Source: Octopus sinensis
Taxonomy: Eukaryota
Length of the DNA: 14,144 bases
Direction of reading: 5' to 3'
Assembly (NCBI RefSeq): GCF_006345805.1
Contig: NW_021825872.1
Coordinates: 1-14,144, forward strand
The notes under the pieces are model-generated. The model searched no databases. It was not told the DNA's origin and worked only from the letters and a program-made list of their open reading frames with translations. The translations under genes were made by a program, and so were the position numbers. This document shows positions 1 to 9,464 of the stretch, piece after piece (position 1 is the stretch's first letter; every line of letters starts with the position of its first letter).

Positions 1-118
1 ACGATCATGCTCGAATGTTGCCCTTTACGTGCCACGGGTACGGAAGCCAGTTGGCTGCTCTGGCAACGATCACACTCGGATGGTGTTCTTAACACCCGAG
101 CACAGGCATAAGTGCCAG
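1..118 (-). mobile_element. Fragment of RTE-like non-autonomous repeat (internal tandem subunits), cut by window edge
   Basis: Reverse complement (…ACCATCCGAGTGTGATCGTTGCCAG…GTGGCACGTAAAGGGCAAC) aligns with the 5' subunits of the copy at 9136-9464. Confidence 0.7.
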
Positions 119-483
119 ATGTATACAGATATTACACACTTTAAGTTTGTTTTTTATTTCATTTAAATCCTGAACTCTTATATATACACCATATCTTAAC
201 GTGTATAAGGAACCCTTTAGGTTAAAAAATATGGGAGTTTCTTACACAAGGATACAATTACAATCTTTTAAAAACCATTTTCAAATTTTAAACCCAAACA
301 ATTAGGGGGTTCTTTGGGGTAAGACAAATTCAAATTAACCTTACCTTAAATGAATTATTCTAAATGACTTGAGATACTCATTCTCTCTTGGTTTTGGTTT
401 TTTCCTATAATATGAAATAATAAAATATAATATAATACATACCTCAATATAGAACCCTAAAATGGATTCCTAGATCCAGCCTT

Positions 484-544
484 AGCTTTGATCTTGGAAC
501 CTTATGGTTGACCAATTCTAGCACTTACCTAGCATACCTATTCG

Positions 545-546
<2 letters not shown>
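484..546 (+). repeat. 63-bp dispersed repeat, second copy at 12406-12468
   Basis: Ungapped alignment of the two copies gives 56/63 identity. This copy ends directly in (TA)n. Confidence 0.85.
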
Positions 547-577
<31 letters not shown>

Positions 578-582
<5 letters not shown>

Positions 583-810
583 AGTTTGAAAATGCCACTA
601 TATAAGATAAATTTTAATTTTCTTAGAGATTTTACATGTTTCGGTTCTTCTTGAAAAAACGAACCTTATCAAAAATATTTTTAAAAGTTAAGTGTAATAA
701 AAAAGTTCATAATTGTTTCTTACTGGTCTCAACAGAATCCATGTGGTTGGTTTTTAGTTGTTTTGTGTTCGAATGACCCGCGGCTGAGATGTTAGTAGAT
801 CTACACTTAT

Positions 811-815
<5 letters not shown>
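578..815 (-). mobile_element. Short AT-rich hammerhead-bearing segment between two (TA)n tracts (possible Penelope-like pLTR remnant)
   Basis: Bounded by (TA)n at 546-577 and 816-842 and contains the hammerhead motif at 629-676. There is no second copy in the window to define its ends. Confidence 0.4.
629..676 (-). ncRNA. Minimal type I hammerhead ribozyme motif, U3-A8 core variant
   Basis: Minus strand reads AUUU-UUGAUAA-GGUUC-guuuuuucaagaa-GAACC-GAA-ACAUGU-A-AAAU: stem I AUUU/AAAU, stem II GGUUC/GAACC, palindromic stem III, GUA cleavage triplet. Confidence 0.6.
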
Positions 816-841
<26 letters not shown>

Positions 842-846
<5 letters not shown>

Positions 847-1032
847 ATCCAAACATGAAAACACAAAGAGAAAACACAATGCAAGTGTTATTGGACGCTC
901 AGGAAAGGAAAGAAAGAAGGAAGATTTAACGTTTCGAGCGGAGCTCTTCATCAGAAACATAAGAAAAGGAAAGATCCAAGGAAGGGAAGACGGAGGAAAA
1001 AACAATCGCCAACAATACACACGCGGTCAAAT
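842..1032 (-). mobile_element. About 190-bp hammerhead-bearing element flanked by (TA)n (Penelope-like pLTR / retrozyme-like)
   Basis: Homologous over its whole length to 12017-12223 in opposite orientation. Both copies are flanked by (TA)n and carry a central hammerhead. Confidence 0.75.
924..958 (-). ncRNA. Minimal type I hammerhead ribozyme motif (extra A after A9)
   Basis: Minus strand reads GUUU-CUGAUGA-A-GAGC-ucc-GCUC-GAA-ACGU-U-AAAU. Core is complete, stem II has 4 bp, stem III is the palindrome ACGU. Confidence 0.7.
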
Positions 1033-1214
1033 TTTGAATCATATATATATATACAGACAGGTTGGTTACACACTTCCTGGGTCAATTATGAAGAAGTGAT
1101 GCTAAAATACAGTGGATAGGTTGATCGAGGCTATATAGGAATTTGTTCACCCAATGACTGAAACAAATAAAATATACACACACATATATAGCATTCTCTT
1201 TGAACCATACAACT

Positions 1215-1246
1215 ACTATCCTTCGCATATATATAATTAGACCCAT

Positions 1247-1285
<39 letters not shown>

Positions 1286-1430
1286 TATATGCATACATGT
1301 GTGTGTGTATATGTGTATATATGTATATATATATCTATGTATATGCATATGTATATATGTATGCATATTTATATATCTACATATATATATTTATATGCAT
1401 GCAGTATGTACGTGTACATAATGTATATAT

Positions 1431-1468
<38 letters not shown>

Positions 1469-1640
1469 ATGTACATATGTATGTATATATTTATGAGTAT
1501 ATATGTGTGTGTATATATGTAATATATATCTTGTATATATATGTATGTATGTGTGTGTGTATATGCATAACATACATATGTATATATATATGTATATATA
1601 TATATCTATGTGTGTGTGTGTGTATATGCATACAATATAC

Positions 1641-1677
<37 letters not shown>

Positions 1678-1680
1678 TAG
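1215..1680. repeat. Compound (CA)n/(TA)n/(TG)n microsatellite
   Basis: Directly visible dinucleotide runs. Confidence 0.95.
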
Positions 1681-1744
1681 ACATATGTCTGCTAGAAAAA
1701 GATGTCCTCAGAAAGTTTAAATTAAAAGTAAACACAGACGAAAA

Positions 1745-2012
1745 TAACACAGCAACAACAACATCACCAACAACAACAACAACCACAAGCTTATCACCAT
1801 GACCACCACTACAAACAACATCCACCACCACCACCACCACCACCACCACCACCACCACCACCAACCACCTGTATGGCCACCATTGCCCCTACCAACCCCC
1901 CTGCCACCACCACCACCACCACCACCACCACCACCACCACTACCGCCACCGCCATCGCCACCACCACCACTACCACCACCACCACCACCACCACCACCAC
2001 CACCACCACCAA
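1745..2012. repeat. (CAA)n/(CCA)n trinucleotide microsatellite
   Basis: Directly visible; accounts for the poly-H/P/T/V/G ORFs in the track. Confidence 0.95.
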
Positions 2013-2223
2013 CACTCAAACGCTATGAGACAGCAATATAAACGTTGACCGCAACAAAACACGATTTTGATTTCGGATATCTTTGTGAAGATTCATTTCC
2101 TCAACAACCACCATTTATATACACCCAGTTGACTCTCGTGACTCTGAGTGTATATGTGTGTGTGTGCGTGCGTGTGTGTGTAAGTATATAATCTTTTATG
2201 TGTTTCAGCCTTGAGGCAGCGAC

Positions 2224-2253
<30 letters not shown>

Positions 2254-2254
<1 letters not shown>

Positions 2255-3068
2255 AATTTGAACTCAGAACATAGCGGCAGACAAAATACCAATTTCTTTA
2301 ATACCCACGAGGGGCTAAACACAGAGAGGACAAACAAGGACAGACATAGGTATTAAGTCGATTACATCGACCCCAGTGCGTAACTGGTACTTAATTTATC
2401 GACCCCGAAAGGATGATAGGCAAAGTCGACCTCAGCGGAATTTGAACTCAGAACGTAACGACAGACGAAATACCTATTTCTTTATTACCCACAAGGGGCT
2501 AAACACAGAGGGGACAAACAAGGATAGACAAAGGGATTAAGTCGATTATATCGACCCCAGTGCGTAACTGGTACTTATTTAATCAACCCCGAAAGGATGA
2601 AAGGCAAAGTCGACCTCAGCGGAATTTGAACTCAGAACATAGCGGCAGACGAAATACCTATTTCTTTACTACAAACAAGGGGCTAAACACAGAGGGGACA
2701 AACAAGGACAGACAAATGGATTAAGTCGATTACATCGACCCAGTGCGTAACTGGTACTTAATTTATCGACCCCGAAAGGATGATAGGCAAAGTGACCTCA
2801 GCGGAATTTGAAATCAGAACGTAACGACAGACGGAAATACCTATTCTTTATACCCACAAGGGGCTAAACACAGAGGGGCAAACAGGATAGACAAGGGGAT
2901 TAAGTCGATTATATTACCCCAGTGGCGTAACTGGTACTTAATTGATCGACTCCCGACGGATGAAAGGCAAGTTGACTCGTTGAATTTGAACTGAAGAATC
3001 GTAACGGCAGACGAAATACCACTAAGCATTTCACCTGGTGTGCTAACATTTCTGCCATCTCACCAACG
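2254..3068 (-). mobile_element. Multimeric tRNA-derived SINE: one head plus about 4.4 tandem units of about 184 bp
   Basis: GAATTTGAA recurs at 2254, 2438, 2622, 2804 and 2982. On the minus strand the head at 3068-2982 has an A-box-like TGGCAGAAATG and a B-box-like GTTCAAATTC. The body motif GTCGACTTTGCCTTTCATCCTTTCGGGGTCGAT resembles the Meta/MESC SINE domain (from memory). Confidence 0.85.
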
Positions 3069-3207
3069 TTTCGTTGTTACATATTAGCTAATCCAGGACA
3101 ACCAGATTGCAATTCCTTGACTCCCTGCAAATCCTTGCAAACACCTTGAGTAAGTTCTGAAGTCTCTGCTGCATGGGGCAAAGCACCTCTGGTATTTATT
3201 CCACTTA

Positions 3208-3787
3208 GGGCGGGGTGAGCAGGCAGAATCATTAGCACGCTGGGTGAAATGCGTAGCCATATTTCGTCTGCTGTTACGTTCTGAGTTCAAATTCTGCCGA
3301 GGTCGACTTTGCCTTTCATCCTTTCGGGGTCGATTAAATAAGTACCAGTTACGCACTGGGGTCGATGTAATCAATTTAATCCATTTGTCTGTCCTTGTTT
3401 GTCCCCTCTGTGTTTAGCCCCTTGTGGGTAGTAAAGAAATAGGTATTTCGTCTGCCGCTATGTTCTGAGTTCAAATTCTGCCGAGATCGACTTTGCCTTT
3501 CATCCTTTCGGGGTCGATTAAATAAGTACCAGTTACGCACTGGGGTTGATATAATCGACTTAATCCATTTGTCTATCCTTGTTTGTCCCCTCTGTGCTTA
3601 GCCCCTTGTGGGTATTAAAGACATAGGTATTTCATCTGCTGCTATGTTCTGAGTTCAAATTCCGCCGAGGTCAACTTTGCCTTTCATCCTTTCGTGGTCG
3701 ATTAAATAAGTACCAGTTACACACTGGGGTCGATGTAATCGACTTAATCCATTTGTCTGTCCTTGTTTGTTCCTTCTGTGTTTGTAG
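3208..3787 (+). mobile_element. Same multimeric SINE family: head plus about 3 tandem 184-bp units
   Basis: GTTCAAATTC ends at 3294, 3478 and 3662 (period 184). The sequence is the reverse complement of the array at 2254-3068. Confidence 0.85.
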
Positions 3788-4155
3788 GTAGGAAGAATAG
3801 GTATTTATTTCACTTAATCTACTCCTGTCAATCCGGTGAAATAAAGACAGGACGGTCACAGCCAGATGAGCTTTTGTGATGGGAGTTGCACAGTCAAGGA
3901 TGACATTGAGGGGGTTGAAATGCAATACTGGTGAACAAGGGGGGTTAGAGAGAGAGGGGCAGTCAATCATAAAAATCCGGGTCAGTTCGCTGAAGTGTAA
4001 ACATATATTTTGTTCTGATACACAACATGGCAGTGCTGGGTCAATATCCTGCTGGGTGTTTGATGATAGATCACAAGAGGAGGATATCAGGATATCGAGG
4101 ATATCGGATAACAAGAATATATGTAGGTGCACATACAACACACACACACACACAC

Positions 4156-4188
4156 TTTTATTCTTTTATTTGTTTCAGTCATTTGACT
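4156..4188 (-). mobile_element. 3' terminal fragment of the CORE-like SINE
   Basis: Reverse complement AGTCAAATGACTGAAACAAATAAAAGAATAAAAG matches the 3' ends at 8789-8825 and 12721-12754. Confidence 0.7.
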
Positions 4189-4232
4189 AACCAAGCCTTG
4201 AAGTTTTTTTTTTTTACTCAAACAATCCTATA

Positions 4233-4394
4233 GGTGCAGGAGTGGCCGAATGGTAAGTAGCTTGTTTACCAACCACATGGTTCCGGGTTCAGTCCCACTG
4301 CGTGGCATCTTGGGCAAGTGTCTTCTACTATAGCCCCGGGCCGACCAATGCCTTGTGAGTGGATTTGGTAGACGGAAAATGAAAGAGCCTGTCG
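4233..4394 (+). mobile_element. tRNA-derived SINE 5' module (head plus CORE-like segment)
   Basis: A box TGGCCGAATGG (4243-4253), B-box-like GGTTCAGTCCC (4286-4296), then CTTGGGCAAGTGTCTT resembling the CORE domain. Ends in (TA)n. Confidence 0.85.
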
Positions 4395-4414
4395 TATATA
4401 TATATATATATATA

Positions 4415-4573
4415 GGCGCAGGAGTGGCTGTGTGTAAGTAGCTTGCTTACCAACCACATGGTTCCGGGTTCAGTCCCACTGCGCGTGGCACCTGGGCAAG
4501 TGTCTTCTTATATAGCCCCGGGCCGACCAATGCCATGTGAGTGGATTGGTAGACGGAACTGAAAGAAGCCTGT

Positions 4574-4575
<2 letters not shown>
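4415..4575 (+). mobile_element. Second tandem copy of the SINE 5' module
   Basis: Near-identical to 4233-4394, separated from it by (TA)n and followed by a (TA)/(TG) tract to about 4660. Confidence 0.85.
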
Positions 4576-4617
<42 letters not shown>

Positions 4618-5263
4618 TTGTGTGTATATTATATATATATGGTGCGTATATGTTTGTGTGGCCAATCCCTTTCTTTTTCTTTGTTGGGAGAAAAGAGAAT
4701 CTACAGTAAAACAAACCCTCAGCCCTCCCTCCAGGGTTGTAAATTACTTTAAAAAGAAATACTTTAAAAGGGAAAACAAGTGAGAAAATTTTAATTAAAT
4801 TAACGATAGACAAAAGCATGTGCCTTCTCGCACATAAACACATTATTCACACTTATACAAACATACGCAGACGCAAATATTGAAGTACTAAATGGCTCTC
4901 CCCCACTTGTCCTTCCCATTAATGCCATTGCTCAACCAATTCTGAACGATCTTGTCAGGTCAGGTCTGTTGTATGCAGCATCGGATCCTACTACTGGTAA
5001 ACTGTAAACCAGTACAACCTGTGTCAGTGGGGTAGAAAGGGCTCCTTAGCCGTAGTGAAGGCAACTATCTAGGGAGATACCTTACAATAAATCACTCAGC
5101 CGTAGCTTAGAAGTACTGGGTTGACGTCCAGCGGGAACAGCTTGTTTCATGGAGGAGGAAAGATCTTCTTTAGTACTTGGTTGTACAATGCTTTCCAAGT
5201 GTGTAGTAGTGGCACGCGCACACATTATTAGCCATTTGAAAAGACTATGGAATTTACAATTAA

Positions 5264-8200
5264 CTGCACCAGGGTTCCTCTTCCCAGGGAACCAGACCTA
5301 ATGGTATACCTGCGGATGTAGGTCCAGCCCCTGCTTTGCCGGGTCCTGTCTCTGATCATGTTGCACCTCCAAGGGCATTCATTGACGGTGATGCCCTCAA
5401 TCTTAACAGACGGGTATCACCTGATGGAGAAGAGTCAGCCCCCAACCAAAACAACACCAACAAACACCTCATCAGCTGTAAAAATCATACGATACTCAGC
5501 ACCCTCAATGCCGCACCTCGGTCTCTTGGCCGTCTAGAAGAACTTGGTGCAAATGCAGAATCACATGGCATTGATATAATAGCTGTCCAAGAACACCGAC
5601 TCTACCACCCTGACAACATCCTCAAATACCATCAAGTCGGTTCTTATCAACTTGTAACCTCCTCAGCATCAAAGAATACTGTTAATTCAACAGTTGGAGG
5701 TATCGGATTTCTACTTTCATCAAAGGCTAGTGATACTCTCTTGAGTATAGAGTCAATCTCACCTAGAATTATGGTGCTTGAGATAGATGGAAACCCAAAA
5801 ACAACATTGGTATGTGTGTATAGCCCACATAATTCGTCTGTGGCAGACGAATTGAAAATTTCTATACAACCCTTCGTTCAACCATTGAGCAAGTACCTCT
5901 CCATAATTTTCTGGTTATAGCTGGTGATCTGAATGCTAGACTAGGACCCGATGAGACCAAGTTTACTTTCAACTCTAAAACAATCGGAACGGAGAATGCT
6001 CAAAGACTTCTTGGAGGAATTTAATCTCTACACCTCCAACAATTCTTTTATGAAACCAAAAGGTCAACTTTGGACATTTGAGTCCCCACTTGGTGATAGG
6101 GCACAAATTGACTACCTCATCTTTCGAAAGAAATGGCGCAATAGTGTTAAGACTCGAGATCCTACTCTTCCTTTAGTTCTGTCGGCTCTGACCACAGAAT
6201 TGTATCAGCTACCGTTAAGCTTAGTCTTCGCTCATCCAAAAAAACTAAGCCTCACCTGATCAAAATGATCGACTGGGAGGAAGTCTTATCTAACCCCGAT
6301 ATGTCCAAACAATTTACTATTGAGGTCTATAACAAATTTCAATCTCTGTCTACTTCTGAAATAGATGCTGAGAACATTGAGGAAGTATACAGCAGCCTCA
6401 TCAAATCAACAGAGGAAGTTGCACTGGCTACTCTTCCCAAAAGAAGAGTAGGGGCCAGAGCAAACCTTCTAATTCCCCAAATGTCATCGAAGCCAGAAAC
6501 CATCTAAAGTCTATATCACTAGCTTACCACCGTTCTCCATCCAGTCACTGAAGATCCAACTCATAGCTGCCAGGAAGAATCTTGATGAGGCTTACTTGAA
6601 CGCCGAGGTCGAATTTATCAATGGCAAAATTAGTAAACTATCGAAAGAGCACATTAGTAAAAAACACCATCTCGCCTGGAAATCCATCAAAGACCTATCA
6701 GGCAAAAATTCTGGGTCATCAATTAGAATTAAAGGGGGATCAGCTAAGAAGCGTTTAGAAAATTGGTCAACCCATTTAAAAAACCTCTTGGGAAGAATGC
6801 CAAAATCCCTGATAACCCCACTCTCCCAAGTGTACCTATATCAGACACGCTGGACATCAACACCTCCCCTTTTACCATATTTGAACTAACAGCAGCCACC
6901 AAGCAACTAAAAGCCTCGAAAGCATTTGGTCCCGACAACATTCCGGCTGTGATTTGGAAGGATGATAGATTTCACACACTTTTATAACCTCTGCAACCAC
7001 ACACTTTCCACCTTTGTCGCTCCAAAGATTTGGCACCAATCTCAAATCATTCCAATACCCAAAAAGGCGATTTGTCCCTCGTCACCAACTACAGGGGCAT
7101 ATCTCTAATGTCAATTGCTGCAAAACTGTACAACAAACTGATCCTAAATCGTCTTGTCCTTTTTGTTGAACCTTTGCTCCGAAAGAACCAAAATGGATTC
7201 AGACATGGGCGCTCAACGCTGAGCCAGATACTATGCCTGCGCAGACTTATTGAAGAATCAAAAGCATTTAATCGCGATCTTGCAATGGTATTTGTAGACT
7301 TTTCTAAAGCGTTCGATTCTGTAGATAGGTGCAAGATGTTTGAAATCCTTAAGCTCTATGGGATACCAGACAAAATTATTTCTGCCATCAAGGTCCTCTA
7401 CACAGATACGTCTTCAACCATCTTAACCCTGATGAGAGAAACATCATCTTTCTCGATCAAGGCCGGAATACTGCAGGGAGACACACTCGCCCCATTTCTT
7501 TTCATCATTGTTGTTGATTATGTGCTACGTATGTCAGTTGATACCATCTCTGGCAAGGGCTTTGAAATAAAACCAAGAAGAAGTTCCAGACACCCAGCTG
7601 AGTACTTGACAGACACTGACTTTGCTGACGACATCGCTCTTATCAGTGGTTCTCTCTCCAATGCCCAGTCTCTTTTACAATCTCTCGAACAAGCCTCAAA
7701 TTGTGTAGGTCTTTACCTCAATGAGGCCAAAACTGAATACATAAACAAGTGCCTGTCTAACAGTGATTGCATCATCCACCTCTCAACAATGCGCCTTAAA
7801 TATGGTTTCTGATACAAATATCTTGGGTCATACATATCATCATCTGGAAAAGACTTTCTAACTAGAAAGGGATGGCCTGGTCAGCCTGTAATGACATGCA
7901 TAAGATCTGGTCATCAAATCTAAGTAGAGACTTCAAACTTGAAATCTTCAAAGCCCAGTCGAACCAATTCTACTATATGGCTCAGAAACCTGGACGTTAT
8001 CAAAGAAGCTTGAGAGGCGGTTGGATGGAACCTACCCTCGCCTCCTTAGAGCTCAAATCTCTCGTGGAAGCGTCATCCAACCAAAATGCAAATATATGGG
8101 AAACTACCACCTGTGTCATCTCTTGTGAAAGGTAGGAGAGTCCAGTTTGCTGGACATTGTTGTAGAGCTGATGAAAACGAAGCAATTTCTACTCTTCTCC

Positions 8201-8359
8201 TCTGGAAGCCATCTACTCGCAACACCAGAGGGCGCACACTCTCCTACCCTGATGTAATCTCCAGGGATACAGGCATCCAGCAACAGGACCTCCGTAATGC
8301 TATGATGGACCGTGAGCTGGCGTAACATAGTAAATTCCATTGTCTTGACCACGGTCGTG
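5264..8359 (+). pseudogene. RTE ORF (apurinic-like endonuclease plus reverse transcriptase), fragmented by frameshifts
   Basis: EN motifs: AVQEHR, VYSPH, GDLNA (5923-5937), QIDY, SDHR (6187-6198). RT motifs: KGDLSLVTNYRGISL, QNGFR, FVDFSKAFDSV, QGDTLAP, FADD (7621-7632), KYLG, followed by LLYGSETW. A possible start ATG lies at 5247, one frameshift upstream. Confidence 0.9.
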
Positions 8360-8633
8360 ACCAGAGGGCGCACACTCTCCTACCCTGATGTAATCTCCAG
8401 GGATACAGGCATCCAGCAACACGGACCTCCCGAAATGCTATTGATGGACCGTGGAGTCTGGCGTAGCATGGTAAATTCCATTGTTTACCACGGTCCGGAT
8501 ACCAGAGGGCCCCACACTCTCCTACCCTGATGAATCTCCAGGGATACAGGCATCAGCAACAGGAACTCCGAAATGCTATGATGGACCATGAAGTCTGGGT
8601 AGCATGGTAAATTCCATTGTCTGACCACGGTCG
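8224..8633 (+). repeat. Three tandem copies (136, 141, 133 bp) of the RTE 3' terminus
   Basis: ACCAGAGGG starts at 8224, 8360 and 8501. Each unit ends in CCACGGTC(C)G. Confidence 0.9.
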
Positions 8634-8650
8634 AACAATGATAATGATGA

Positions 8651-8825
8651 TTGTCCCCCTAGCATTGCTTGACAACCATGCTGGTGTGTTTACGTCCCCG
8701 TCACTAGCGGTTCGGCAAAGAGACCGATAGATAGAATAAGTCCGGGGTCGATTTGCTCGACTAAAGGCGGTGCTCCAGCATGGCCGCAGTCAAATGACTG
8801 AAACAAGTAAAAGAGTAAAAGAGTA
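8651..8825 (+). mobile_element. 3' body of the CORE-like SINE
   Basis: Matches 12538-12754 and the reverse complement of 11231-11420; ends in AAAAGAGTAAAAGAGTA. Confidence 0.85.
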
Positions 8826-8826
8826 A

Positions 8827-8957
8827 TCCATCCAACCCCAGGACTTATTCGTGTTTTAAAGCCTAGTACTTATTTCATCGGCCTCCTTTGCCGAACCTCT
8901 AAGTTACAGGGACATAAATACACCAACACTGGTTGTCAAGCAATGAAAGGGGAACAG
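8827..8957 (-). mobile_element. Partial 3' body of the same SINE, inverted
   Basis: Reverse complement CATTGCTTGACAACCAGTGTTGGTGTATTTATGTCCCTGTAACTTAGAGGTTCGGCAAAG aligns with 8663-8710. Confidence 0.8.
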
Positions 8958-9135
8958 TCTTGCCTTATAAAACTGTTGTCTATATATTATAGTATATTAT
9001 GGCTTCATAATGAAATGACATGTACCTACAAGTCATTAATACTTATTCATGTTATTAACGAAAGTTTTCAAGATCTCTTGAGGCAGGTGAAAATCGAAAT
9101 TGAAATCGATCAACATCAATGGAAACTGCAGCTGT

Positions 9136-9464
9136 GATACCAGTGCTGGTGGTACGTAAGAGAACCATCCGAACATGGCCGTTGCCAGCACCGCCCCGAC
9201 TGGCCTCGTGCCGGCGGCATGTAAAAAGCACCATCCGATCGTGGCCATTTGCCAGCCTCGCCTGGTCCCCATGCTGGTGGCACATAAAAAGCACCCACTA
9301 CACTCACAGAGTGGTTGGCGTTAGGAAGGGCATCCAGCCATAGAAACATTGCCAGATCAGACTGGGCCTGATGCAGCCTTCTGGCTTCCCAGACCCCAGT
9401 TGAACCGTCCAACCCATGCTAGCATGGAAAGTGGACACTAAACGAAGATGATGATGATGATGAT
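9136..9464 (+). mobile_element. RTE-like non-autonomous element with internal tandem subunits and (GAT)n tail
   Basis: Repeated GTGGCAYRTAAAAAGCACC subunits, then GGTTGGCGTTAGGAAGGGCATCCAG and CCAACCCATGCTAGCATGGAAAG before the (GAT)n tail. Other copies lie at 1-118 and 9610-9860. The RTE affinity rests on recalled motif similarity. Confidence 0.7.

Larger units (their letters stand above)
4900..8650 (+). mobile_element. Near full-length RTE-clade non-LTR retrotransposon (5' boundary uncertain, between about 4660 and 5000)
   Basis: Single APE-EN plus RT coding region with no LTRs, ending in an ATGATAATGATGA tail at 8638-8650. Confidence 0.9.

Noticed and set aside
1082-2041. ORFs rich in Y/I/H/T, poly-His/Pro, poly-Val or poly-Gly
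   Set aside because: Translations of di- and trinucleotide microsatellites; no splice or domain evidence.
2254-3787. CRISPR-like regular array
   Set aside because: Units are whole 184-bp repeats with no unique spacers, in a eukaryotic SINE context.
3790-4140. Non-repetitive segment with short ORFs and a GGATATC triplet repeat (about 4080-4110)
   Set aside because: No recognisable domain in the frames I read; the short repeat is compatible with slippage.
4233-4305. tRNA gene
   Set aside because: A and B boxes are present but continue into SINE body sequence; no convincing cloverleaf, and many diverged copies.
5469-5475. CUGAUGA on the minus strand inside the RTE ORF
   Set aside because: No stem II or GAAA downstream.
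8168-8190. CUGAUGA inside the RTE ORF
   Set aside because: No stem II or GAAA-UH arrangement; it is ordinary coding sequence.
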